DNA of 64,000 nt from Flavobacteriales bacterium (GTDB taxonomy: Bacteria > Bacteroidota > Bacteroidia > Flavobacteriales > BACL11). Where the stretch lies: the NCBI GenBank assembly GCA_002696275.1, contig NZRO01000051.1, positions 63,704 to 127,703 of the forward strand, given 5' to 3'. Every line of letters starts with the position of its first letter. The stretch's first letter is position 1. The notes below the pieces were generated by a model. That model saw nothing but the letters and a program-made list of their open reading frames with translations, was not told the DNA's origin and searched no databases. This document shows, in pieces, positions 49,729 through 59,742 of the stretch. Both the position numbers and the translations under genes were made by a program.

Positions 49729-51174
49729 TTAAATAATCTTTCCTAGTAATGTAGCTGCAGTACAATTTTCTATATTTACCATTACAAGATCTCCTTTCTT
49801 ATGATTTTCTTTCGGAAAAACAACTGTTGAATTATGTGTTGTTCTTCCATAAAAATAATCTTCAGATCTTTTAGATGTTCCTTCAATTAAAACCTCATAG
49901 CTATGGCCAATTTTTTCTTTATTCCTAAACAAGGAATGATTCATTTGTTTTTCTATAACTTCAGATAATCTCCTTTGTTTTATTTTATCAGTAATATCAT
50001 CTTCCATCCTAGCCGCTGGAGTATTCGGTCTTTCAGAATATTTAAACATGTATCCATAGTCATATTTTACATAATCCATAAGACTTAAAGTGTCTTGGTG
50101 ATCCTTTTCTGTTTCTGTACAAAAGCCTGTAATCATATCCATTGATATAGCACAATCAGGCATTTCCCTTTTAATAATATCAATTAATGAGATATACTCC
50201 TCTCTATTATATCCTCTATTCATCAATTTTAAAATCCTGCTACTTCCTGATTGGACAGGTAAGTGTATGTATTTACAGATATTATTATGTTTTGCCATTG
50301 TTTGAATAACTGTTAAGGTCATATCTTGTGGATTAGAAGTGGAGAATCTAATCCTTAATTCTGGACAGTTTATAGCAACATTTTCAAGTAGTTTTGCAAA
50401 GTCAGTGCTATTTTGTTGTGTTTCTTTGTCAGCTTTTTTAAAGTCTTTTTTAGGCCCTCCTCCATACCATAAATAAGAATCGACATTTTGACCTAGCAAG
50501 GTTACTTCTTTATATCCATCATTTACAAGTTGTTTGCATTCATTTACAATACTTTCTGGATCTCTACTTCTTTCTCTTCCTCTAGTAAATGGAACTACAC
50601 AAAAGGTACACATATTATCACATCCTCTAGTAATTGACACAAAAGCTGTTACACCATTTCCTCCGAGCCTTACAGGACTTATGTCTGCATATGTTTCTTC
50701 TTTAGATAAAATTACGTTTACCGCTTTTCTTCCATCGTCAACTTTTTGTATTAGATTAGGTAAATCTCTATAGGCGTCAGGACCAATTACGATATCCACT
50801 AATTTCTCTTCCTCTAGAAATTTTTCTTTTAATCTTTCGGCCATACATCCTAAAACCCCTACGATCATACTAGGATTTTCCTTTTTCTTGATGGAGTTAT
50901 AAAACTCCAATCTCTTACGAACTGTTTGTTCTGCTTTTTCTCGAATAGAACAAGTATTTACAAATACTAAATCAGCTTCATTAATACTCTGAGTAGTAGA
51001 AAACCCCTCTTTAGTTAAAATAGAAGCTACAATTTCTGAATCTGAAAAATTCATTTGACAACCATAACTTTCTATGTACATCTTTCTGCCTCCCGAAATG
51101 TTATTAGATATATTTAAGATTGTTCCCTGCTTACTTTCATCTATGTTCTTGTCTATCAATTTTTCTAAATTCAT
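49729..51174 (-). CDS. miaB: tRNA-2-methylthio-N6-dimethylallyladenosine synthase
   Basis: 481 aa. It has a UPF0004 N-terminal domain (IESYGCQMN), the radical-SAM motif CDNMCTFC and a TRAM C-terminus. Confidence 0.9.
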   Translation of the reverse strand: MNLEKLIDKNIDESKQGTILNISNNISGGRKMYIESYGCQMNFSDSEIVASILTKEGFSTTQSINEADLVFVNTCSIREKAEQTVRKRLEFYNSIKKKENPSMIVGVLGCMAERLKEKFLEEEKLVDIVIGPDAYRDLPNLIQKVDDGRKAVNVILSKEETYADISPVRLGGNGVTAFVSITRGCDNMCTFCVVPFTRGRERSRDPESIVNECKQLVNDGYKEVTLLGQNVDSYLWYGGGPKKDFKKADKETQQNSTDFAKLLENVAINCPELRIRFSTSNPQDMTLTVIQTMAKHNNICKYIHLPVQSGSSRILKLMNRGYNREEYISLIDIIKREMPDCAISMDMITGFCTETEKDHQDTLSLMDYVKYDYGYMFKYSERPNTPAARMEDDITDKIKQRRLSEVIEKQMNHSLFRNKEKIGHSYEVLIEGTSKRSEDYFYGRTTHNSTVVFPKENHKKGDLVMVNIENCTAATLLGKII

Positions 51175-51359
51175 AAAATTATTTTGTTTTAATCTACTGC
51201 AAAACTATAAAAAAAAACTGACATTTTGTGACAATATGTCACTTGTAATTTTAATTATATTATTTATAATATACTGATACTGACATGAAAATTTATATTT
51301 GGCAGTTTAAAAATTCCTCATTTTCTTTGCAAAATAATTTTTTAATTTAGTATTTAGTT

Positions 51360-53690
51360 ATGGCAAAAAACTTAGTTATTGTAGAATCTCCAGCAAAAGC
51401 AAAGACAATTGAAGGTTATTTAGGAAAAGATTTTCTAGTTAAATCTAGCATTGGTCACATACGAGATCTTCCAAAAAAAGGAGGTATGGGGATTGATATT
51501 GATAACGGTTTTGTTCCAAAATATGAGGTTTCTGAGGACAAGAAACATGTTGTTGCAGAATTAAAGAAGAATGTGAAAAATGCCGAAACAGTATGGATTG
51601 CAACGGATGAGGACAGAGAGGGAGAAGCTATAGCGTGGCATCTACAAGAAGTTTTAGATTTGGAAAAGAAAGATACTAAAAGAATAGTTTTTCATGAAAT
51701 TACAAAAAAAGCAATTACTAATGCTGTGCAAAACCCAAGAGATATTGATGAGAATTTAGTGAATGCTCAACAAGCTAGAAGAGTATTAGATAGATTGGTA
51801 GGTTTTAAGTTGTCTCCAGTGTTATGGAGAAAGGTAAAACAAGGTCTATCCGCCGGTAGAGTCCAGTCTGTAGCAGTAAGATTAATTGTTGAAAGAGAAA
51901 AAGAAATTGAATCTTTTATATCTGTTTCTTCATATAGGGTAGTTGCAATTTTTGAAAATAGAGATCGGAGAATATTTAAAGCAGAAATTCCACATAGATT
52001 TGAAAAGAAAGAAGACGCTGAAGAGTTTTTAAATAAATGTGTTTCAGCAGAATTTACAATTTCAGATTTAGAAAAAAATCCAGCTAAAAAATCCCCATCA
52101 GCTCCTTTTACAACTTCAACTTTACAGCAAGAAGCATCAAGAAAGTTAGGATATTCTGTTTCTCAAACTATGTCAATTGCTCAAAGATTATATGAGTCGG
52201 GTAGGATAACTTATATGAGAACAGATAGTGTTAATTTATCTCAAGACGCATTGGAGTCTTCAAGAAAGGAAATAATTAATTCTTATGGAAAAAATTATTC
52301 TTTTAAAAGAAGTTTTTCTAATAAGTCAAAGAGTGCTCAAGAAGCTCATGAAGCAATACGACCAACAGACATGAGTAAACATACAATAGAGACAGAAAGT
52401 TCTCATAGGAAACTATATGAACTTATTTGGAAAAGAACTATAGCTTCACAAATGTCTGATGCTCTTTTAGAAAGGACAACTGTTAGGATAGGTGTTTCTA
52501 CCGCTGATGAAAATTTTGTTGCAAAGGGGGAAATGATTAAGTTTGATGGTTTTATGAAAGTTTACATGGAAGATAAAGATGAGGAATCAGAGGAACAAAA
52601 AGGTATGTTGCCTCAACTGAATATAAATGAATTATTAAATCTTAATGAAATGTCTGCTGTAGAACGATTTTCTAAGCACCCCCCTAGATATGCTGAGGCA
52701 AGCCTTGTTAAGAAATTAGAGGATCTAGGAATTGGTCGTCCTTCAACATATGCATCCATTATAACTACTATTCAAAAAAGAGGTTATGTGGTAAAAGAAA
52801 CGAGGGTAGGAATTAAAAGAGAGTATAAATACTTACAACTTAAAGATGGAAATGTTTTAAGTGAGATAAAAACAGAAAATACAGGAGCAGAAAAAAACAA
52901 AATGTTTCCTACTGATATTGGTGTTGTTGTAAATGAATTTTTAGTAGGACATTTTGATAATATATTGGATTATGGATTTACCGCTGGTGTAGAAAAGGAG
53001 TTTGATGAAGTGGCAGAAGGTAAAAAGAAATGGAATGAGATGATTCAGAACTTTTATGGAGATTTTCATTTAAAAGTAGAAAATGTAATAGGTACAGCCC
53101 AAAAGGCTTTAGGAGAAAGGAATTTAGGAGTAGACCCTGTCTCTGGAAAAAATGTTTTTGTGAGAATTGGGCCTTTTGGTCCTATGGTACAACTTGGAGA
53201 AAAACAGGATGATGAAAATGCTCCAAAACCTAAATTTGCTAGCTTATTAAAAAATCAATCAATTCAATCAATAACAATTGATGAAGCTTTAGACTTGTTT
53301 AAGTTGCCAAGAGTAGTAGGTAGTTTTGATGGTGAAGAAGTTGTGGCCTCTGTAGGAAGGTTTGGACCTTATTTACGATACAAAGGAAATTTCACATCCA
53401 TAAATAAGGATGATGGAGATGAACCTCTAACTATTAAAATTGACAGAGCTATTGAGTTAATAAAATTAAAGATTCAAGCTGATAAAGACAGATTAATTCT
53501 TAATTTTGAAGGAGATCCTTTAGTTCAAGTTTTAAATGGCAGATACGGTCCTTTTATTCAAGTTTCCCCTTCAAAAGGAAAAAAAATTAATGTGAAGATC
53601 CCTAAGGATAAAGATCCCAAAGAATTGACTAGAGAGAAATGTTTAGATTTAATGCAAAATCAACCAAAGTCAAGAAGAAAGAAAAAATAA
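51360..53690 (+). CDS. topA: DNA topoisomerase I (type IA)
   Basis: 776 aa. It has a TOPRIM domain (LVIVESPAKAKTI), the active-site Tyr in GRITYMRTDS, and Cys-less C-terminal repeats (GRFGPYLRY, GRYGPFIQV). Confidence 0.95.
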   Translation: MAKNLVIVESPAKAKTIEGYLGKDFLVKSSIGHIRDLPKKGGMGIDIDNGFVPKYEVSEDKKHVVAELKKNVKNAETVWIATDEDREGEAIAWHLQEVLDLEKKDTKRIVFHEITKKAITNAVQNPRDIDENLVNAQQARRVLDRLVGFKLSPVLWRKVKQGLSAGRVQSVAVRLIVEREKEIESFISVSSYRVVAIFENRDRRIFKAEIPHRFEKKEDAEEFLNKCVSAEFTISDLEKNPAKKSPSAPFTTSTLQQEASRKLGYSVSQTMSIAQRLYESGRITYMRTDSVNLSQDALESSRKEIINSYGKNYSFKRSFSNKSKSAQEAHEAIRPTDMSKHTIETESSHRKLYELIWKRTIASQMSDALLERTTVRIGVSTADENFVAKGEMIKFDGFMKVYMEDKDEESEEQKGMLPQLNINELLNLNEMSAVERFSKHPPRYAEASLVKKLEDLGIGRPSTYASIITTIQKRGYVVKETRVGIKREYKYLQLKDGNVLSEIKTENTGAEKNKMFPTDIGVVVNEFLVGHFDNILDYGFTAGVEKEFDEVAEGKKKWNEMIQNFYGDFHLKVENVIGTAQKALGERNLGVDPVSGKNVFVRIGPFGPMVQLGEKQDDENAPKPKFASLLKNQSIQSITIDEALDLFKLPRVVGSFDGEEVVASVGRFGPYLRYKGNFTSINKDDGDEPLTIKIDRAIELIKLKIQADKDRLILNFEGDPLVQVLNGRYGPFIQVSPSKGKKINVKIPKDKDPKELTREKCLDLMQNQPKSRRKKK

Positions 53691-53691
53691 T

Positions 53692-54849
53692 ATGCAGATA
53701 TCTTCAAATTTTATCCCTTTAAATCGAGAATTATATTTGTTGAAAGAAAGATGGAATCCTTCTCAAATAGGATTTCAAATTGACTCTCATACACATGAAT
53801 CATTTCCTAATGTAGATTATGCGGAAATTGCAATATTTAATGTTCCTGAGTATGAGGGAACAGAAAATATTTCTTCTTTCAGTGATTGCAAGGTTAGAGA
53901 TTCTTTATACAGATTATATTTCGAAGGTTTGCCTAAAATAGTTGATTTAGGAACATTAAATCTAATATCCTCTAGAAAAGAAAATTTTGATATAATTATG
54001 GAGGTTTGTGCAGATTTAATAGAAAAAGGTATTATTCCTTTAATTATTGGAGGAGGACAAGATATATCTTATGCTATTTATAAAGCCTATGCATTCCTAG
54101 AAAAAAACATTACTTTTTGCTCTGTAGATTCTACTTTTGATATAGGACTAAAAGATGATAAATTAAAATCTAGTTCATATCTTAGTAAAATTTTATCACA
54201 TAAACCAAATCATTTGTTTAATTTCATTAATATAGGTTATCAAAGTTTCTTTGTAAAACCTGAGGAAATAAAATTATTAGAAGAATTAAATTTTGAATTA
54301 AATAGATTAGGTAAAATTAAAGGGAAAATTCACGAAATAGAACCTTTGTTCAGAAATACAGACTTCTTAAGTTTTGACATGTCCTGTGTTCGAAGTTCTT
54401 CTTTTCTATCGAATGTTTATTCGACTCCAAATGGATTTGATGGAGAAGAAGTATGTAAAATCGCAAGATATGCGGGTATTAGTGATAAAATATCTTCTTT
54501 TGGTATTTTTGAATATAATCAAAACTTAGACAAGTTGAACCAAGGCTCTCAATTAATTGCTCAAATGCTTTGGTATTTTATCGAAGGATTTAAATCGAGA
54601 AAAAATGAGCTAAATCCTAATACAGATAATTGTATAAAATATACTGTAGCCTTTGAAGATCAGCACACTGAAATTGAATTTTATAAGAGTCAAACAAGTG
54701 GAAGATGGTGGATGGGGGTACCTTTTAAAAATCCTGAAACTAATAATTTTAATAATTATTTTGTAGCTTGTTCTTATGATGATTATCAGTATGCAAATAA
54801 AGGTCAACTTCCCAAAAGGTGGATAAAAACATATAACAGATTCCTATAA
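53692..54849 (+). CDS. Arginase/formiminoglutamase-fold protein with degenerate metal-binding motifs
   Basis: 385 aa. IIGGGQDISYA stands in place of GGDHS, and CSVDSTFDIG in place of DAHxD. LSFDMSCVRSS stands in place of SxDxDxxDP. The gene starts 1 nt after the topA stop. Confidence 0.55.
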   Translation: MQISSNFIPLNRELYLLKERWNPSQIGFQIDSHTHESFPNVDYAEIAIFNVPEYEGTENISSFSDCKVRDSLYRLYFEGLPKIVDLGTLNLISSRKENFDIIMEVCADLIEKGIIPLIIGGGQDISYAIYKAYAFLEKNITFCSVDSTFDIGLKDDKLKSSSYLSKILSHKPNHLFNFINIGYQSFFVKPEEIKLLEELNFELNRLGKIKGKIHEIEPLFRNTDFLSFDMSCVRSSSFLSNVYSTPNGFDGEEVCKIARYAGISDKISSFGIFEYNQNLDKLNQGSQLIAQMLWYFIEGFKSRKNELNPNTDNCIKYTVAFEDQHTEIEFYKSQTSGRWWMGVPFKNPETNNFNNYFVACSYDDYQYANKGQLPKRWIKTYNRFL

Positions 54850-54961
54850 TATTATTTTCTTCTTACTAAGAAAATATTGTGATTTATTCTATTTTACTCT
54901 TAACTAAAAAAAAATACTTATATTAGCAACCGAAAAAAAAGGTTGAAACATTAAATTTAAC

Positions 54962-55873
54962 ATGAAAAAAACCATTCTCATCATATCTATATTTTCCCTG
55001 TTTTTCGGGGTCTCTAAAGCTCAACAGGTCCCACAGTTCAGTCAAAATATGTTTAACAAGTTAGCTAATAATCCAGGATCTGCTGGAAGCTCTGATGCCA
55101 TAAACGCAACTGTATTGCATCGTTCTCAATGGCTAGGATTTGAAGGAGCTCCTAAAACCTTTAACCTAGCAGTAGATGCTCCTTTTGAAGTTCTACATGG
55201 GGGTTTAGGTTTAAACATAGTCTCTGACGATATAGGAGAGTATAGTAATTTAGGACTACAGTTTTCATACGCATTTAGAACAGATTTGGGACAGGGTCAA
55301 TTAGGAATAGGTGCTTCTGCAGGAATGTATCAAAGCGGATTAAATGGCGGTGGATTAATTCCTTCAGATCTTGGAGACCTTTCTATACCTACCGCAGAGA
55401 TAAGTGGGTCAGCTATAGATTTTGGAGGAGGTATATATTTTAACACTCAGGATGTTTATTTAGGCTTGTCTACCTTACATTTCACTGAACCTTCCATAGA
55501 AAAGGATGACGGAGATATAGTTAGTTTATCTCGTCATTATTTCTTGTTGGCAGGATATTATCATGAGATAAACCCTTTATTATCATTAAATCCTTCTGTA
55601 TATTTAAAATCTGATGGTTCTACATCACAGTTAGATGTTAATGCGAATCTTTTATACAATAAAAGAATATGGGGAGGCGTTAGTTATAGGTTAGATGAGG
55701 GAATTGTATTACTAACAGGAATGAATATTAACAATGACTTAAGATTTGGACTTGCATATGATGTAGTTCTTAATCAAATACAAAATAATAGTTTAGAATT
55801 TATGTTAGGTTATAGTTTTAAGGTGGATTATGATAAACCGCTTAAGAGCTATAAAAATCCAAGATATTTATAA
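54962..55873 (+). CDS. porP: T9SS membrane protein PorP/SprF family
   Basis: 303 aa with a signal peptide. The mature N-terminus reads AQQVPQFSQNMFNKLANNPGSAGS (family hallmark QxPQFSQYMFN..NPA). The composition is beta-barrel-like. It lies directly upstream of gldK. Confidence 0.8.
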   Translation: MKKTILIISIFSLFFGVSKAQQVPQFSQNMFNKLANNPGSAGSSDAINATVLHRSQWLGFEGAPKTFNLAVDAPFEVLHGGLGLNIVSDDIGEYSNLGLQFSYAFRTDLGQGQLGIGASAGMYQSGLNGGGLIPSDLGDLSIPTAEISGSAIDFGGGIYFNTQDVYLGLSTLHFTEPSIEKDDGDIVSLSRHYFLLAGYYHEINPLLSLNPSVYLKSDGSTSQLDVNANLLYNKRIWGGVSYRLDEGIVLLTGMNINNDLRFGLAYDVVLNQIQNNSLEFMLGYSFKVDYDKPLKSYKNPRYL

Positions 55874-55912
55874 TAAAAACCTTTCACGAAAGTGAATTAA
55901 ATTAAAAATAAG

Positions 55913-57223
55913 ATGAAGAAAATATTACTTTTATGTTCAGTGGTCGCCTTGATGAGTGGTTGCGTAGGATCTGGAAATGGAGAGCTTATTGGAGGTGCAG
56001 ATAGATTAGTATGGAACCCTACAGATCCTTATGGAATGGTGTTCATTCCTCAAGGAAGTTTTGTTATGGGTCCTTCAGATCAAGATGTCCCTTTTGCTAA
56101 TGTTTCTACTAACCAGAGAGTTTCTGTAGGTGCTTTTTATATGGATGAAACAGAAATTACAAATAACGAGTACCGTCAATTTGAAAGATGGGTTGTGGAT
56201 TCTATGATTAGAACAGAGATGAAATTGTTTAAAAATCGTAGAGGAGATACTTTGTTAAGTAATAATATTGTAAATGGAGATACATTAAAGGTCATTGACT
56301 GGTCTGTTAGATTGAATGAAAATTCAGATGAGTATAAATTTTTATATGATTCTATGTTTGTAAAAACTTATGTTGATGGACAACCAATAAAAGAAGAGAA
56401 TAACTTTATTTATAGATATGAAGAACTTGATATAAGAGCTCTTTCAAAATCTAATAAATTAAATGAGGAAACTATAGATAATATGGACGCAACAACTTAC
56501 AGAGATAATTTTGTAATTGAGAGAGAGGTAAAGATTTATCCATCTACTTTAGATTATCAATCTGATTATGCTTATTCTAATAACGAAACGGATGCTACCT
56601 TTAATTACGAGCATGTAGCCCATGATGACTATCCAGTTGTTGGTATTACATGGGAACAAGCTAATGCTTTTTGTCACTGGAGGACTCATATTATGAATTC
56701 TTACTTAAGGTCACAGAATGAACCCTTATTACCAGATTTTAGATTACCCACAGAAACAGAATGGGAATACGCAGCTAGAGGTGGTTTGGGAATGTCTCCA
56801 TATCCTTGGGGAGGACCTTATACTAGAAATATGAAAGGTTGTTTCTTGGCGAACTTTAAACCATTGAGAGGAAATTATGTAGCGGATGGGGGTTTAAAGG
56901 CTATTAAGGTTAGACAGTATAATCCTAACAACTATGGATTGTATGATATGGCTGGAAATGTAGCGGAATGGACTTCTACAGTGTTTGATGAGACTTCTAC
57001 TTCATATTCTCATGATATGAATTCAGATAATTCTTATATTTCTGAACAATCAGATCAAGATGTTTTAAAGAGAAAGGTTGTAAGAGGAGGTTCTTGGAAA
57101 GATATTTCATACTTTATTCAGACGTCGACAAGAACTTATGAATATGATGATGTCTCTACTTCTTATATTGGATTCAGATGTGTTATGGATTTCTTGGGAA
57201 GAGACAAGAAAGATTTTCAATAA
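55913..57223 (+). CDS. gldK: Gliding motility/T9SS lipoprotein GldK (PorK), FGE-sulfatase fold
   Basis: 436 aa with the lipobox LMSGC. FGE-like motifs are present: YPVVGITWEQANAFCHWR, RLPTETEWEYAARGG, YGLYDMAGNVAEW and VVRGGSW. Confidence 0.85.
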   Translation: MKKILLLCSVVALMSGCVGSGNGELIGGADRLVWNPTDPYGMVFIPQGSFVMGPSDQDVPFANVSTNQRVSVGAFYMDETEITNNEYRQFERWVVDSMIRTEMKLFKNRRGDTLLSNNIVNGDTLKVIDWSVRLNENSDEYKFLYDSMFVKTYVDGQPIKEENNFIYRYEELDIRALSKSNKLNEETIDNMDATTYRDNFVIEREVKIYPSTLDYQSDYAYSNNETDATFNYEHVAHDDYPVVGITWEQANAFCHWRTHIMNSYLRSQNEPLLPDFRLPTETEWEYAARGGLGMSPYPWGGPYTRNMKGCFLANFKPLRGNYVADGGLKAIKVRQYNPNNYGLYDMAGNVAEWTSTVFDETSTSYSHDMNSDNSYISEQSDQDVLKRKVVRGGSWKDISYFIQTSTRTYEYDDVSTSYIGFRCVMDFLGRDKKDFQ

Positions 57224-57257
57224 AAAATTAAATTAATAAAAAACTAAATAAAAAAAA

Positions 57258-57908
57258 ATGGGATTAGGAAATATTACAGAAGCTAAATGGTACAAAAAAA
57301 TGATGCCGAAACTTTATGGTTGGGGAGCAGCGTTAGTAATTATTGGAGCATTATTTAAAATCGAGCATTGGCCTTTCGCAAGTTTATTTCTAATTATAGG
57401 TTTGAGTACAGAAGCAATAATTTTCTTTTTTTCGGCTTTTGAAAAAACTCATGAAGATTACCAATGGGAAAAAGTATATCCTGTATTAGGAAACGATCAT
57501 ATGACTGATCCTGCTAATATGACTCCAGCTCAACAACTAGACAACGCGTTAGAGAAAGCAAAGATTGATAATGAGTTAGTAGATAGTTTAAACGAAGGAC
57601 TAAGAGTATTTGGAGAATCTGCTGCAAAATTAAATGAAACAATATCAGCAGCTTCTGCAATATCAGAATATAATAGTCAGATCCAAGAAGGTGTCAAGAA
57701 TATGAATGCTTTAAATTCATTATACGAATTACAATTGCAAGCTTCAAATCAACAGATGGAAGCAACAACAGTTTTTTTACAAAACTTACAATCATCATTA
57801 GAAGATTCTAAGAAGTTTCAAGAACAGGTTTCTCAACTTGCAGTTAATCTTGAACAAATGAACAAAGTTTATGGAAACATGTTAACCGCAATGAATCCTA
57901 ATAAGTAA
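57258..57908 (+). CDS. gldL: Gliding motility/T9SS motor protein GldL (PorL)
   Basis: 216 aa with two N-terminal TM segments. These include KIEHWP and a TM2 glutamate (GLSTEAIIF). A cytoplasmic coiled region follows. Confidence 0.85.
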   Translation: MGLGNITEAKWYKKMMPKLYGWGAALVIIGALFKIEHWPFASLFLIIGLSTEAIIFFFSAFEKTHEDYQWEKVYPVLGNDHMTDPANMTPAQQLDNALEKAKIDNELVDSLNEGLRVFGESAAKLNETISAASAISEYNSQIQEGVKNMNALNSLYELQLQASNQQMEATTVFLQNLQSSLEDSKKFQEQVSQLAVNLEQMNKVYGNMLTAMNPNK

Positions 57909-57941
57909 TCATCTATTTTAATTTTTAAATAACTAAAAAAT

Positions 57942-59732
57942 ATGGCTGGAGGAAAATTGTCGCCAAGACAAAAGATGATAAATATGATGTACTTAGTACT
58001 AACAGCACTACTTGCATTAAATGTTTCTAAAGAGGTATTAAATTCCTTTTTTGAAGTAAATTTAGGAATAGTAAAATCAACCGAGGGTTTACAAAAGAAA
58101 AATTTAGATACATATAGTGATTTTGAAAATGCAGCAAACCAAGAAAAGGTTAAAAATTATAAGGAACTAGCTAATAAAGTAAAACCTGAATCAGAATTTC
58201 TTGTTGATTTTATTCAGTCAATGAAATATGATTTAGTTTTAAAATCTGATGGAAAGGTCTATTTAGATTCTTATAAGGATGAAAATGGAGATGAAATTGA
58301 TGAAAATATTAGAGAGGTTGCTTACTCCGAACTCTCTAGTAATGATAAGACAAAACATATAGCTCATTTAGGTAGTAAGGATAAAAGAAATGTATCAGGT
58401 GATTTATTTAATCCAAAAAATGTTCCTAATGGTCCTAATGTTAATGGAGATGGAATGGCGACACAGTTAAGGAAAAAAATTGATAGTTACAGAGAGTTTT
58501 TAATAGAGATACTAGAATTAGCTGAAGATTCATCATGGATAGTTCCAGGAAGCCCAAACAAACTAATTCAGAAACTTAATGATAATTTATTAATTGATGA
58601 CGGTAGATCTTATGGTGAAAAAAATGTCACATGGGAGGAATATAATTTTTATGACATGCCATCTGTTGGGGCCTTAACTCTTCTTTCAAAGTGGCAAGCT
58701 GATATAAAAAATATGGAATCTGAGGTGATTTCCTTTTTCGCAAATAATATAGATGCTACCTCTTTAAAGTTTTCTTCGGCTATGGCTACAACAATTCCCT
58801 CTAGTAACTTTGTATTAGTTGGTGATGAATTTAAATCTAAAATATTTTTAACAGCATTTGATGAAACATCAAATCCAGAAATATTAATTGGAGATTACGA
58901 TTCTTTACAAGATGGAACTTATCAGTTTAAGGAAGATCCTTTAGTAGTGCCTGTAGTTAAAGGTCAGGGTATGTATTCTGTAAAAGGAAGTAGAGTTGGC
59001 CCTCAAACATATAAGGGGTTAATTAAAATATTACAAGATGATGGGGATCAATATTACCCATTTGAAGGTGAATACATTGTCGCTGATAAATCTTACACAG
59101 TTACACCTACACAGATGAATGTTCTTTATGCAAATGAGGTTGAAAATATTGTTAAGGTATCTGTAGCTGGTTATCAACCTGAAGATATAGAAATTTCTTT
59201 TAATAAATTCGGGAAATCTCTAACAAACATAAATACAGAGGTCTATATGGTTGATGATAAACCAGTATTTGTCAGTAAGAAAAAAGGAGAATATATATTG
59301 AAACCAGATCAATCTTTTGTAGGGAAAAATGTTAAAGTATCAGTATCAGTAAAGAATAAAGATGGTAAGAAGCAATTACTAGGAACCTACGATTTTAGAG
59401 TTAAAAATGTCCCAGGGCAAACCATTATTCCTAGATATGTTTCGGGTAAGTATGGAAAAAATAAAATTCTTGCAAACACTTTTTCAAGTAAGATTAAGGA
59501 CTTTGATTTTCCTATTAAATTCTCTGTATCAGAGTTTACAGTTGTATGTATAGGAACTAAGAGGATAGAGAAAAAAGTTAAAGGTTTTAAGTTGTCTGAG
59601 GCAGCTAAAGTTGAGATTAATAAATTAGAAAAAGGTCAAACAGTATTGTTTAAAGATTTTGTAGTAAGACAAAAAGGTGTTAAAGATTATATTGATAGAC
59701 CTAAAGATATGTTTGAATTAATAATTGAATAA
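57942..59732 (+). CDS. gldM: Gliding motility/T9SS motor protein GldM (PorM)
   Basis: 596 aa. The N-terminus MAGGKLSPRQKMINMMYLVLTALLALNV matches the conserved GldM/PorM start, including Arg9. A long periplasmic region follows. Confidence 0.85.
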   Translation: MAGGKLSPRQKMINMMYLVLTALLALNVSKEVLNSFFEVNLGIVKSTEGLQKKNLDTYSDFENAANQEKVKNYKELANKVKPESEFLVDFIQSMKYDLVLKSDGKVYLDSYKDENGDEIDENIREVAYSELSSNDKTKHIAHLGSKDKRNVSGDLFNPKNVPNGPNVNGDGMATQLRKKIDSYREFLIEILELAEDSSWIVPGSPNKLIQKLNDNLLIDDGRSYGEKNVTWEEYNFYDMPSVGALTLLSKWQADIKNMESEVISFFANNIDATSLKFSSAMATTIPSSNFVLVGDEFKSKIFLTAFDETSNPEILIGDYDSLQDGTYQFKEDPLVVPVVKGQGMYSVKGSRVGPQTYKGLIKILQDDGDQYYPFEGEYIVADKSYTVTPTQMNVLYANEVENIVKVSVAGYQPEDIEISFNKFGKSLTNINTEVYMVDDKPVFVSKKKGEYILKPDQSFVGKNVKVSVSVKNKDGKKQLLGTYDFRVKNVPGQTIIPRYVSGKYGKNKILANTFSSKIKDFDFPIKFSVSEFTVVCIGTKRIEKKVKGFKLSEAAKVEINKLEKGQTVLFKDFVVRQKGVKDYIDRPKDMFELIIE

Positions 59733-59742
59733 AATTATAGTT

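Noticed and set aside
51300-51331. TGGCAG upstream of topA, considered as a possible sigma-54 -24 element.
   Set aside because: The nearest TTGC lies about 28 nt downstream rather than at the required 10-nt GG-to-GC spacing, so it is not a -24/-12 promoter.
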